Assembly (NCBI GenBank): GCA_030324005.1
Contig: JARDVH010000193.1
Location: 80,294,837-80,358,836, forward strand
Reading direction: 5' to 3'
DNA length: 64,000 bases
Source of the DNA: Negaprion brevirostris
Lineage: Eukaryota
Under the pieces are notes generated by a model that saw only the letters and a program-made list of their open reading frames with translations, searched no databases and was not told where the DNA came from. This document shows positions 23,702-40,414 of this stretch, piece after piece (within the stretch, counting starts at the first letter, position 1; each line of letters begins with the position of its first letter). Both the position numbers and the translations under genes were made by a program.

Positions 23702-24140
23702 CATGATGTGGAGATGAGTCTGGACTGGCGTAAACATGGTAAGAAGTCTCTCAACACCAGGTTAAAATCCAACAGGTTTATTTGGTAGCAAAAGCCACTA
23801 GCTTTCAGAGGGCTGCCGCTTCGTCAGGTAAGTGGGAGTTCTATTCACGAACAGGGCGTATAAAGACACAAACTCAATTTACAAAATAATGGTTGGAATT
23901 GGAGTCTTTACAGGTAATCAAGTCTTCAAGGTACAGATAATGTCAGTGGAGAGAGCGTTAAGCACTGGATTAAAGAGATGTGTATTGTCTCCAGCCAGGA
24001 CAGTTAGTGAGATTTTGCAGGCCCAGGCAAGCTGTAGGGGTTACAGATGCTGTGACATGACCCCAAGATCTTGACTGAGGCCGTCTTCGTGTGCGGAACT
24101 TGGCCATCAGTTTCTGTTCAGCGATTCTGCGTTGGTGTGA
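23702..24140 (-). mobile_element. Penelope-like element 3' end
   Basis: Minus-strand HQRRIAEQKLMAKFRT; homologous to 4088-4545. Confidence 0.8.
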
Positions 24141-24789
24141 ACATCGGATGTCAAAAGTGGCAATCTGTTTTGCATTTTTCACCTTGATCCCAAGAACTGT
24201 TTTAATAAAAAAGGGAAAATAAAATGGTTGTTACAACTGTTTCCTTATATATTGTAAAGCAGTCTATATGTTCTTGTTATTCTATGATATTGCTATACAT
24301 TCAAAGTCAATGGAAGAACCTCTTGGTTATAATTTGACTGATGTACACTCAGCGAACCTCCAAGTTTTGATCCACTTTGTCTTTTGGTGCAGTAGATGTA
24401 AACTGATTCAGCTACAGATAGCCAAGTATTTGGAGAGAATGTTAAAGGAAAGACAAGATGCAAGATATCAGAATTCATTTATTGTGACTGTACCTCAAAT
24501 TCAAACTTATTACCTGGGTTATTCGTGTAACTGTTGTGTGTTAAGTGTAAAGTGACTCATTAACTATAACAACAATTCAAAGCTCGTATTCCAGTTTAGA
24601 ACCTTACTTCCTACCAGCTGGTACCTTTTTTAGAATTATGTGAAATAGAGAGTGGAAGAGAAACAAAAAAGCCAAGGCAATGGGAAGAACAAATTGGAGA
24701 GTGGGAGGCTGGTAGACAGCCATTGGCCTGAGAAAGAAGCAATTTACACAAAAAATAAGTATTTAATTTCATGACAAATCAACTGTCTA

Positions 24790-24945
24790 GGGTAGATTTT
24801 TTGAGTGTTCATCTGAGGAATGATGGATGATGTACTCCTGAGCACGGATTGGAAAATTGCGGCTGCTATTGCCTGTAATTTTCCAATCTGTTCTTGTTGT
24901 GGGGCAGCTATCCCACCGTGGGTGCGCAATCTGAAAATCCACCCC
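24790..24945. mobile_element. Possible small non-autonomous DNA transposon (MITE)
   Basis: Terminal inverted ends GGGTAGATTTT ... AAAATCCACCC. Confidence 0.3.
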
Positions 24946-26499
24946 ACTATGTGTACTTGGTGTGTGATCATACAAGGGCATTGACAGTTTGTTATGTTGT
25001 ATTAGATTTAACAAGCAGTAATGTTCAGTTGATTACAAGGTGATTCCATACTCGGTATAAATTAGGTGTGGTCTGCAGCTCAGAACTGCCCCTTTCTTTA
25101 AACGTTTTGGATGACTAAAGATTGAAAGTATTTCAGAACAGGACAGAGAAAAAACATCATGAAACGGTGGGATAGATCGTCGGTAATTATTGAGAAAAAT
25201 GAAACCCATGAAGCAGATGGATTAACTATAAATTTTTAAATTCAAAATACAGAATTTTTTGATGTCAGTTCTTATATATTCATCTCTTGGACTCATGCAG
25301 TTCCAGACTCAGAGCTTAAATTTATTTAAAAAAAAGAAACAGCAATAATCGTTTCCCTTTTTACACAAATTGACCTTGAAGGAGATTCTAATTGGACTAA
25401 AGGAAAATAATGGAATGAGTCACATTTGTTGAGGTAGTGGAGGCACTGCATGATGCATGGTGGAAATGTTATTGAGAAAGCACTGAATGATGGTGCAAAG
25501 GAAGCAAAGTATCTTGAATAGAATGGGATGTACTGTAGAGAAATTTACTGGATTTGTACGAGGAATCAAGCAGGCTTTCGAACACAGTTGCATTTGGCAA
25601 GGTTGTATTTAGCTGATAAGGGAGGTACTGCATTTTGTCCAACCCCTGCCCCACAGTCTGTGGTTCTCTGAAAAGTGAACATTCTGAATAAGCGTACTCT
25701 GCTTGTGAACCCAAAGAATCTGCAGCAATATTTTTTCTTCCTAGCACAGCTGACTATGAATAAATGATGCAGGCTTGAAGCAAGCATAGAATTCCAATGT
25801 ACCAAGCCACTTCTTCCCACTTGAATGTAGAAATTCTGATCAAGCATAACCTTTGAATGAATTATGATTTTTCAATCATAAAATGTTTCCCAATTGCCTG
25901 ATTTGTAATGCTAAACACACTAAATACAGTAGTGGTACTGCCAAATTTTCACTTAAATGCAGCCATAATGAAAGTTAAAAATCTAATCAGATTAGTGTGG
26001 AATATATTCTTGAAACAAGTTTTCAGAGTTTTTTTAAAGATCATTGATTGACTTCATGGATGAATCATTAGGAAATCTGTGCCATTAATATACTGTTTGC
26101 TTTTATCAGTAGTTTATTGAAATCATGATTTAAACGGCATTTATTCAAAATTGTTCATTTTCAGGTGTGATTAATTGCAATTTTAATGACTTGCTGGAAA
26201 AAAACCCGATTTATTTTGGTAATTAATAGGTTATATAATAGTATTTGATTTCAGACATATTGTTTCAAATTTCATTGGAGAAGGTGCTTAATTATAACCA
26301 GTGCGTAGCATGTGGTGTCAAATTCTAGTACTGTGGATAGTATCAGCTTCTGTTGTAGTAATGAAGTTGAACCTATGGTTATTTTGGTGATATTGGTTAA
26401 GTTTGCTACTTTTTTTTAGCCTTCCAAGGTGTTAAGTTGAGAAATATTTTACAGAAAATGCTTATTTTAAGAATTTTGCATAAGCCATACCCAGAATGG

Positions 26500-26673
26500 G
26501 AAGCGTGGTGACACAGTGGTTAGCACTGCTGCCCCTCAGCGCCAGGAACCTAGGTTTGATTCCCGGCTTCAGTCACTCTGTGTGGAGTTTGCACATTCTC
26601 CCCGTGTCTGTGTGGGTTTCCTTCAGGCGTTCTGGTTTTTTCCACAGTCCAAAGATGTGCGGGTTAAGTTGAT
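26500..26673 (+). mobile_element. V-SINE copy (truncated by gap)
   Basis: cacagtggttagcactgctgcc...cagtcactctgtgtggagtttgcacattctcccc. Confidence 0.85.
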
Positions 26674-29619
26674 NNNNNNNNNNNNNNNNNNNNNNNNNNN
26701 NNNNNNNNNNNNNNNNNNNNNNNNNNNNNNNNNNNNNNNNNNNNNNNNNNNNNNNNNNNNNNNNNNNNNNNNNGGACATGAGTAAAAGTTTTTCACCACG
26801 AGTAATGGGTATCTGGAATTGGTGGTTGAGACTGAAAAGTAATGTAATGCTCAGTTTGTTACAAGGTGTTTGGATTTGCATCTGAATTGCTGTAACCTGT
26901 AAGGCTACAGGCTAGGTGTTGGAAAGTGGGATTAAAATAAGCAGCTAGTTTTTGTTTCTTTTTGACTGGCACAGCAATTATGGGTTTAATGGCCTCTTTG
27001 TTCTATGAGCATTTTATGGTTTAAAAAACACATTTGGGGATGTGTGTATGCATCTTTGAATGTGACATGACAAGATGAGAAGGCTATCAAAAAGGCATAT
27101 GTGATCCTGATGCTAAACATTTTATAAAACACTTGTTCAACCTCAGAATTGAACAGAACACCGAATCTGGGTACCACAAGTTACAAAGGGTGTCAAGGCC
27201 TTGGAGAGGATGCAGAAGAGGCTTGGAATGGTACCATGAATGAGGGACTTAAGTTACATGGAAAGACTGGCGAAGCTGGGATTCTTCTGAGAGCAGAGAA
27301 TGTTAAGGGGAGTTAACAATTATAAAGGATTTTGATAAAAGAGAAACTGCTTCTGGTAACCAACGGGAACTGACTTAAGATGATTGATAAATTCAGAAGC
27401 AACATGAAAAGTTTTTGTGATCTCGAATGTACTGCCTGGAAGGTTGGTCAAAGCAGGTTCTATAATTCTGCAAAAGGAAATTAGACACATAGATGAAGGG
27501 AAGAAAAATAAGGGCTATGGGAAATGAATTAGAGAGCTCTACTGGAATTGGCACAGGCTTAGTGGGCTAAATGGTCCCACTGTGTGCTCAATCATTCCAT
27601 GATTTTAGAGCCCGAGAACAATGTAGTTTTGAATAAACACCTCGAGTTGTTCTGTGGTATAGACATTTGCTTGAAAAACCAACCTCCTGTGCTGTAAAGT
27701 TTTTTTCTACCTCAAAATGTATTGACTTTTGCTGCATCCCGCAAAGTATGTCGCACAAATCAGTTCATGAATGAATTGTAGCTGTTTTTGACTTTGTGGG
27801 ATCTTGCAACACTTATGTAGATATTTAAAGCTTATATTGAGCATCTGTTGTCCTTCACTTTCAAGGAACCAGAGTGCCTTGCCAAAGTATTACTTCGCTT
27901 GAGTGAAAATATAAATCAGTAATCACGTGAACGTTGCACTTTTTTTAACGATGTGAAGAATACATGTATAATACTTACATGTATTATAAATACATGTTAT
28001 TTATTCCAGTGAATTTTGTTCCTGACTTGCAACTGATTGCTGGGGCTTTAGGGTAATCTGGCGATCTTTATCTTATCTTAAGCGGCTGTACTTCATTTGA
28101 GTTTATGTAAATTAATGCTAGTGCATTTGTTCCAAAGCATCTCAGCTAACCATGATCCTGTCCTCTCCGGAACATATTACAGGAGAGCTCATTGAATAGC
28201 ATTACCTGAGAATTCTCTTGCTTCTTTGTGCTAATAAAAAGTAAACTAAGAAGAATGGCATGCTAGAGATGACTTAATGTAGCACTTACCTTTTTTGCAG
28301 CAAAAAAGACATAATTTTATTGTATTTGCTGTGGTAATGGAATATGATTTGTTGTGCTCATGTTTCTTTGAGTCTATGTCTCTGTTCCTTTCAGCAGTTG
28401 CCTCCACACTCTCATATAATTTAGGCTACAAAGTCACATTTCCTTTGGTTTATCATAGCCCATGCATGGCTGAATGGCTAAGTTTGAAGCAGGAGCTTAA
28501 TTTACAGTCATCAATGCTTATCCCAGGAGACAAAAGGTTCATTTAGAGCATACCTCATTGAGATCAAGACTGAATAGCGCTAACATATCGGAGACAGCTC
28601 TTCAGTATTGAAAAGGCAATGAAAAAATCTTGTATAGAAAAATGTCAGTTTTGTCTCCAGCCACTTGATCCATTTATTGATATTTTGATTACTCCTCTGA
28701 ATCATTCCTGTCATACATTGTAAGTGCCAAAATGATATCCCAATATGCTATACTCCTTTCATCTTCCAAGTTGAAATCAAGTCTTGCCATACCATCTGTT
28801 ATTGTCACTGTTCTTCCCAAATTTCTAAAATATTCCTTTTTACCACCTTCCCTCTTCTAACAGTTTTCTGGCTTGTAAAATCCAAAGCTTGAGATCCTGC
28901 AATTATTTTTTCTTGGTTTTTTTTTGTTGCTATTTTCTCTTTTGAGCTTTGCTGCTATATTGCAGTACGAGAAATCATTTTCATTGGTTGGGGAATTGAA
29001 AATGTGGGCACAGTCTCAGGATAAGGGGCTAATCACTTAGGACTGAGATGAGGCCAAATTCACTACTATAGTTTTGAATCTTTTTGATTCTCTATCCCAG
29101 AGGGTTATAATGTTCCATCATTGAGTACATTTAAGACTGACACAGATTTTCGGACTTTCTGGGAATCAAGGAATCATGGTATTTGGAAAGTCGAGTTGAA
29201 GCTCAAGATCAGCCATTATTATATTGAGTGAAGGAGCAGACTTAGCAGGCCAGATGGTTTTCTACTCCTGTTTCTTGTGGAAGAATGGTTATTTCACTAA
29301 GACATTCGAAGTTTGTGTATGCCGAGAAGCTGTCCCTTAACAAAAGTCAATGTTTTCCAGATGGTTGGAAATGCAAGGACAGCAGATTAGATAGGGAGGG
29401 AGAAGGGAAATTACCTCATCATGGTGATTGAATTTTGAGCACTCTGTTCAATGACTGAAAAGGAATAACCGTTCATCATAGAAGGCCCCATTTGTTTTGC
29501 TTCTTAGTTGACAATATTTTCAGCATGGCTAAGTTTTGTTATATGTCAAAACTTGCACATTTATTTGTTTAATCTCTTTTCAAGCATGAATGTATTTTTG
29601 AGAAAATATGCCAAACTCT

Positions 29620-30545
29620 CCAGAGGCTTCAGGGTGACTTAGACAAGTTCAGTAAATGGGCACATACATGGCCAACACAGTATAATGTAGATAAGTCTGA
29701 AATTGTCTGCTTTGGTAGGTAAAATGCAATGGTAGAATATTATTTAAATGTTGATAGATTTTATATACAGACCTGGGTGTCCTTGAACACCAGCCAGCAA
29801 ATTGCAGGTATTAATTCGTTTAAGCCTAGATGAAGTATGAGGCATACCTTAAGATTGAGGTTATCCTCAAGCCTCAGCAATCAGTTGCAAGTCAGGAAAA
29901 GGAGTTAATTGGAAAAAAGTATGTGCTCGTATTTTTCATCAGGCATCAGGAGGTAAGTTTAGACAAAAAACTGCAGGTGCAGCAAGCAGTTTGGAAGGCC
30001 TTCATTGCCAGGGGACTTGTATAGGAGCAAGGATATCTTGCTGTAGCTGTCTAGGGCCTTCATGAGATTGCATCTGAAGTATTGTGTTGGAGTTTTGTTT
30101 TCCATATCTAAGGGTAGACTTGCCATTGAGCAAGTGCAGTGAATGTTCATCAGACTGATTGTTGGGGTGACGAGATTGTCGTGTGAGGAGAGATTGGGTC
30201 AACTAGGCCTGTATTCACTGGAGTCTGGAAGATTGTGAGGGGATCTCATTGAAATATATAGAATTCTGACAGGGTCAGACAGATTTGACGAACGGAAATG
30301 TTTCCTCTGGCTGAGAGTCTGATGCAAGGGCTTACAGTCTGAGGATACAGGGTGGGCCATTTAGAACTGAGATGCAGAGAAACTTCTTCACTGAAAGGGT
30401 GAACCTGTGGAATTCTCTACCACAGAAGGCTGTGGAGAACAAGTCACTGAACATATTTAAGAAATAGATTTCTTGAGGATCAGCCATGATCACATGGAAT
30501 GGCAGAGCAGGCAACAGAGCTGAATGACCTAGTCCTATTTTCTGT
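29620..30545 (+). mobile_element. CR1 LINE 3' fragment
   Basis: Decayed ORF2 C-terminus and 3' UTR (gatcagccatgatcacatggaatggc). Confidence 0.8.
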
Positions 30546-30616
30546 CTTTATACATTAGCTTTGTCTGACTTATTATCCCAGTGAACTGTGATACAGTGCA
30601 GCGTTTTCTGTTGCAG

Positions 30617-30732
30617 ATAAGCCTAAATTACCTGATAATTACACCAATGAAACTTGGCAAAAACTGAAAGAAGCAGTAGAAGCAATTCAGAAGAGCACCT
30701 CAATCAAATACAATTTGGAGGAACTTTATCAG
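30617..30732 (+). CDS. CUL4B: Cullin-4B coding exon 2 (116 bp)
   Basis: ttgcAG|...[39 protein letters not shown]|GTaatg. Confidence 0.97.
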
Positions 30733-31221
30733 GTAATGGAATTGTGTATGTTTTTGTTTTCTATGTATTGGGGTTACATTGTTTTGTAAATAGTAGCACA
30801 GAAAGTGATATGTCAGCCACGTTTTGCTGTCAATTTTGTGTCATCTTATATGTATTATTACCGCCATCTCCCAAAAGGAAACAAAGGGTTTTTATTCTCA
30901 AATTTTCTCCTTTTCTGAAGGTATAGACTATTGGTAAAATATAATTTTATCCATGTAAATACCCTTCGGGCTAAAATTGAAGCCTATAAGACAATGAATT
31001 TGGTTGAAAATTAACCAAAGCCCCTTCTGATTACTAGTGAAAATTGTGTGTGAAAGCATAAATTAACTCATATTATACCCTCAATAGTCAAGAGTAGCCT
31101 GTTAATCTGTGTTGGTCTTGGCCTATGTCAGAAAGATAGATTCTAATCCAGTGAGCCTGTAAATTCTAAACTACTAACATAAAGAAATAATCTATGAACT
31201 GATTTTATTTGGCCTACAGAT

Positions 31222-31630
31222 TAGAACATAGAACATTACAGCGCAGTACACGCCCTTCGGCCCTCGATGTTGCACCGACCAGTGGAACCAATCTAATGAC
31301 CCACTAACCTAAACTATTCCAATATTATCCATATGCCTATCCACTGACCATTTGAAAGCCCTTAAAGTTGGCGAGCCCACAACTGCTGCAGGCAGGGCAT
31401 TCCACACCCTTACTACCCTCTGAGTAAAGAACCTACCTCTGACATCCATCCTANNNNNNNNNNNNNNNNNNNNNNNNNNNNNNNNNNNNNNNNNNNNNNN
31501 NNNNNNNNNNNNNNNNNNNNNNNNNNNNNNNNNNNNNNNNNNNNNNNNNNNNNTCATAAGACCTTCCCACCATACCAGGCAACATCCTGGTAAACCTCCT
31601 CTGCACCCTTTCCAATGCCTCCACATCCTA
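31222..31630 (-). mobile_element. CR1 LINE 3' fragment
   Basis: (agaacat)n tail; RGRFFTQRVVRVWNALPAAVV. Confidence 0.85.
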
Positions 31631-32147
31631 AAGATTAGTCATTATTTTAAATGAGTTGGAGTGAATTTGATGGAAATTATGACAGACTGAGCAATATGAC
31701 ATAAGAGTATAGTTAGGAAAAATACTTTGTGTCTTCTATTGACTGTGATGATCAAAGGTGGTAATTTGTGGATTGCTACCTGAGCCATGACAAACTGGCA
31801 TAGGGTCAATAAGGTCAGAGTTGAATGCGTAGCTGAAAGATTAGTGTGGGAGAAACAGATTTCAATTCATGGGAAAAACACCACAAATGCTGGAAAACTG
31901 AAATGAAGGACCATCATTGACCTAAAAGATTAACCCTGTTTCCCTCCTGGCTGATCCCTTAATATTTATAGCATTTTCTGTTTTTATTGCTATTCGTGGG
32001 GCATTGGCACTATAACTGGGGAACACAGGAGCTGTTCTGCTGGGATAGGCTTCTATTTGCTGGAACAAGTGTTCAAGTGAATTTAATAACTGAAGCTGTA
32101 AATGAGGCTTCAAAATGCACTGGGGAACTGCTCAAGTGTGGAAATTT

Positions 32148-32737
32148 TGAGTTTATTTATTAGTGTCACAAGTAAGCTCACATGAACATTGCAACAAAGT
32201 TACTGTTAAAATTCCCGAGTCATACTCTGGCACCTGTTTGGGTACACTGAGGGAGAATTTAGCATGGTGAATGCACCTAACCAGTACATCTTTCAGACTC
32301 TGCGAGGAAATTCACACAGATACTGGTAGAACGTGCAGACTCTGCACAGACTGTGACCCAAGTCAGGGATCAAACCCGGATCCCTGGAGCTGCAAGGCAT
32401 CAGTGCTAACTACTGTATTACCCATCTCCTAAATTTAAGTTTGTTTATTAGTGTCACAAGAAGGCTTACATTAACACTGCAATGAGGTGACTGAAAATTA
32501 CCTAAGCACCACATTCCATCGTCTATTTGGGTATACTGAGGGAGAATTTGACATAGTCAATGCATCTTGCCAGCATGTTTTTCAGATTATGGAAGAAACC
32601 GGAGCACTGGAGGAAATCCATCCGGACACAGGGAGAATGTGCTGACTCCACACAAACAGTAACCCTAACTGGGAATCAAACCAAGGGACCCTGGTGCTGT
32701 GAGACAGCTGTGCTAACCACTGTGCCACGGTGCTGCC
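32148..32737 (-). mobile_element. Two tandem V-SINE-family copies
   Basis: Two units starting tttatttattagtgtcacaag (~32150, ~32440) and ending in reverse-complement tRNA heads. Confidence 0.8.
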
Positions 32738-32790
32738 TTTTCCTTTCCCTTTAACTTTTCATATAGTTAAAGGGAAAGGGCAAGGCAATA

Positions 32791-32888
32791 GTGCGGGCGA
32801 GTGACGTGGGCGATGAGAGTGCGGGCGAGTGACGTGGGCGATGAGAGTGCGGGCGAGTGACGTGGGCGATGAGAGTGCGGGTGAGTGA
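32791..32888 (+). repeat. 28-bp minisatellite, 3 perfect copies plus a partial copy
   Basis: GTGCGGGCGAGTGACGTGGGCGATGAGA at 32791, 32819 and 32847; partial copy at 32875. Confidence 0.95.
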
Positions 32889-33684
32889 GACAGAAAGAGA
32901 CAGAGTATGCAAACATGAGAGTGCACCAGTAAACAGGGCCAGAATAAAAGATATCAGAAGTCAAGGCACACAACACGTTTGTAATAAAATCGATAAATTG
33001 TTAGCACAAATGGAAATAAATAGGTCTGAATTGATAGAGGACATTGCTGCAAGATGACTAAGGCTGTAAACTGAATATTCAGAGGTGCTTGACATTTTGA
33101 AATGATTGGCTTAAAGGAAAATAGTAAACATAATGTAAGAAATAGGAGCAGGAGTAGGCCATATGACTTTCATACCTGCTCAGCTATTCAATATGATCTT
33201 GCATAATCTGTCTTTGACTACAACTCCCCTTTCCCTTCCTGCTCCTCATAAACTTGGACATCCATATAGATCAAGAAACTGTCTTATCCCTTGATGTATT
33301 CAGTGACTCAACCTAGTTGCTCTCTGGGGTAACGAATTCCAAAGATTCATAATGCTTTAAAAGAAGAAATTCCTTATCATCTGTCTTAAATGGATGCTCA
33401 CTTATTCTAAAACCATGTCCACCAGTTTGAGTCTTCACAAAGAGAAGCAGCCTCTCAGCATCAACCCTGCCAAACTCCCACAGTATCTTGTACATTTAAT
33501 TAGATACCCGATCATTCTTCTGAACTCCAATCATTATAGGCCAACCGATTTAACCTATCCTTAAGATAACTGCTTCATTCCAGGGTTCAACTTGGTGAAC
33601 TTCTTCTGATCTGAACCATGCAAATATATCTCTCCCTAAATATAGAGACTAAAATTGTTTGTAATACTTGTCAGACTGGTACAA

Positions 33685-34755
33685 AAATTAAAATCACATG
33701 GGATTCAGGGTGGCTAGCTAGATGGACACAGAACTGGCTTGCTTATAGAAGAGAGAATAGCAATGAAAGAGTGTTTTTCAGAATGGATATCTGTAGCTAG
33801 TATTGTTCTGCAGGGATCAATGCTGGGACCTCTGTTGCTTGTAGTGTATATATAAATGATCTAGATGAAAATGTGGGTGATCTGATTAATAAATTCGCGG
33901 ATGACATGAAGATCGGTGGAGTTGCTGATAGTGCCGGGGATTGTCAGGGGATACAACAAGAAATAGATTGGGAACTTGGGCACGGAAATGGTTGATGGAG
34001 TTTAATCCAGATAAATGCGAGATGATGCATTTTGGAGGATCAAATTTAGGTATGAGTTATACTGTAAATGGCCTTGGGAAAATTAGCACAGTGATCTGGG
34101 TATCAGGTCCACAGTTCCCCAAAGTGGCAACACAGGTGGCCAAGGTGATTAAGAAGGCGTATAGCATGCTTGCCTTTATCAGCTGGGGCATTGAGTTATA
34201 AGAATTGGGCAGTCAAGTTGCAGCTATATAAAATGTTGGTTACACTGTATTTGGAGTATTGCCACACTACCAGAAGGACGTGAAAGTTTTAGAGAGAGTG
34301 CAAAGAAGGTTCACCAGGATGTTGCCTGGTCTCAAGGGTTTTGGCTATGATGAGAGATTGAATAAACTTGGATCGTTTTCACTGGAAAAATGGAGGCCGA
34401 GGGAAGACCTGATAGAGGCCCACGGAATTGAGAGGCACAGACAGGATGGATAGAGGCTTTTTCCAAGGGTGAAAGTGTCAATTAAAAGGGGGCACAAATT
34501 CAGGGTGAGAGGGGGAAAGTTTAAGGGAGATCTGCTGGTTAAGTTTTTCATTGAGTGGTGGGTGCCTGAGACAAGATGCCAAAGCAGGTGGTGGAAGCAG
34601 GCACATTAGCAACATTTAAGGGGAATCTGGATGGCTCCATGAATAGGGAGAGAATAGAGGGCAGAGGTTTCTTCTTAGTTTAGTTCGGGCATCGTGATCA
34701 GCACAAGCTTGAAGGGCTGAAGGGCCTCTTCCTATTCTATACTGTTCTTTGTTTG
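33685..34755 (+). mobile_element. CR1 LINE fragment nested in an older minus-strand CR1 (33130-33665, 34757-34870)
   Basis: KFADDMKIG, WLMEFNPDKCEMMHFG, PHYQKDVKVLERVQRRFTRMLPG. Confidence 0.85.
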
Positions 34756-35227
34756 TTATACTCCAGTACTAAACACTGTAGCACCCATGAGTTAGTTTGT
34801 CATGTTGGAAATGATCCATTTATTCCAAATCTCTTTCCTGTTAGTTAGCCAATTCTTTATTCATATTACCGTCAAGACTTTTGAATAGATTCAAGGCTGA
34901 GTTAGACATACCCTTGCACATCTGGAGAGTTAAAGATTATGGGGAAAACTTGAGTTGAGGCCAAGGTCTGACCAACCATCATATTGAATGATGAACTGCA
35001 CTTATTTCTTATGTTATATTGTTGTCTTGATGGTTAAGTAACCTGTTGACACCTGCCTCCCTATTTCAGGGCTTGCTTCTGGTTGCATCCCTGGGAGAGG
35101 ACATGGGATGAAAATTCACCTTGCCTAAAATTCATGTAGCTGCAAGGGGTGTGTTTTGTTAGCTTGCGCTATTAACTGTAATTATTGTTCAAATTTTCTT
35201 CGTGACATTTATCTTTTTTTGTTTTAG

Positions 35228-38313
<3,086 letters not shown>

Positions 38314-38383
38314 AGATTCCTTAGATAGTGTCCTGTTTCTAAAGAAAATAGATAAATGCTGGCAGGACCATTGCAGACAAATG
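38314..38383 (+). CDS. CUL4B: Cullin-4B coding exon 4 (70 bp)
   Basis: (E)DSLDSVLFLKKIDKCWQDHCRQM|GTAAGT. Confidence 0.95.
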
Positions 38384-40303
38384 GTAAGTATGGTTGCAGT
38401 TAACTGGGGGTATATATTTGAGCAAAATTAGGTTGCAAGAATACACGTGGCAGAACTGTTTGTTTCCAAAGATTTATCTATTTATTGTGTAGAAATTCAT
38501 CTTGAAGGGATAACAACTCTGTTGGTACATCAATTTTTGTCTCATTTCACCCGTCATGAAGGTAATTAGTTCTTGAATCCCTGGGATGAAATCTGGTATC
38601 TTCCTGGTTGTCTCGGACTGCGTTCGTGGTTCTGAAGCTTAAACTGAGCCATTCAGAAACGAATGGTTGTGAGCATTTTTCTGTCAACTTCTGATTGATG
38701 CTGTGCACTTCAAAACAAATTAGAAAGGCAGCTTAATTTGAAAATCAGTAGGGACAATGAACATTTCTTATTGCAGTTCTGGAGAGGAATCAAAGGCATA
38801 TCAGAGCATTTGTAGAAGAATCTTTTCCCCACTGCTACCCAATGTTTTACCTTATGTGGCCGATCTGAAAATCGATTTGGAAAGGTAGGACCATGTTCCA
38901 TTCCCCAGTGCCAAGTTTAACACACAGTAGTTTCACAAACAATTTCCAATTTTTGGCCAGCAGATTTGAGACTGCAGTGGTAGCTCCTGAACCAAGTGGC
39001 AGGTTCGGTATGTTGACTGTATTTTAAGTACAAAATTCGGAGGTTAGCTTTAACGAGCTGCTTTAATTTCCCAGTTGGGTAGTGCCTAATCCATGCCCTC
39101 CTTCAGACGAGTGTTGATAAATATCTCTTGCAGAACCCACCACAAATTTTTGATTCCGAGCACCTAAAGCACCTTAATGCCAGTCAAATGATCGACAAGA
39201 TTATCAATATATATTTCCTCCCAAATCATCCCTATGTTTTGTAAAACTGTTGTCATCACTGCTTTCATCATAAAGATAGTCTTTCATATATTGAAACCAA
39301 AATTTCCAGCAGTTTGATATCAAATCTAAGCTGTTTCTTACAGTTGCTGCAAATGACTGTGTGCATCCGGCCTAAGTTTTCACCAGGTTTGATTGGCCTA
39401 GTGGAAGTTTGACCTCAAACTCAGGTTCTAACACTAGACTCAATCTGTCACCAAGGTCACTTTTGTCTACTTCTGATAGATCTCCCCCTTTTCTGCAGCT
39501 GAGATTCTGATGCGTGTATTTTAAAACCTTGTAGCTGACTTCTCCATTGGTCTCATGGCTGATTTGTACATCTACAGCATTTGTAATCTCAAATCATCCA
39601 GTATGTCGTAACTTCTACCCCATAAACTTAAAATCCAAAATTTTCATCATTCCAAGCGTTTCCGAGTGCTCTCGCTTCCTGCAGCCCACAGCACTTTCAA
39701 GTTTTTCAATGGCTTTGAGTCTTTATGGTTTTGACTAATCCTGTGTCTCCATTCTGTCAGAAGGAGCTATGTTTGCCTTGCCATTGGCAATGCTTCATCA
39801 GCTACCAGTCTTCACTGTCACTTTCCCTGTGCAATTCTGTCTTGCTGACCTGACTTTATAAACCTGTTTAATGATCCCCTTCAGCAGCTTTTGTGCACTT
39901 CTGTCTTTCCTTCTTTGCCTGATAGACAAATACCATAAAAACTTGTTTTATGGAAAATGATCATCTATTATTTACTTTGCACATGGAGAGCATCAACTGT
40001 CCTCAGTGCCTGTGTAAATTTGTGTCTGACAATACGTCACATGATAACGTCAGATATATGAATCCTGACTGTCTATTTTTCCTCGGATTCAATCTGAAAA
40101 TATGTGTTTTGTACATCTGTGCATCATCAGGGGCAGCCTCTTTTACCACTAGATCTTTGGAAAAACGCCAGATGTTTAATTTTAAAGAAACTAGCCATCA
40201 GTTGTGGCATAGTAAATGGGTCCCTCTGTTTTAGTTTGATGTTTGCTGCATATAGATTACTGAAAATGTTGTGATTTATTCAAATACTTTACAAAGGCTT
40301 TAA

Positions 40304-40414
<111 letters not shown>

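Noticed and set aside
26500-26580. tRNA genes at SINE heads
   Set aside because: A/B-box heads run directly into V-SINE bodies; no complete cloverleaf.
32791-32888. CRISPR-like array
   Set aside because: Head-to-tail repeats without spacers, in a vertebrate intron; it is a minisatellite.
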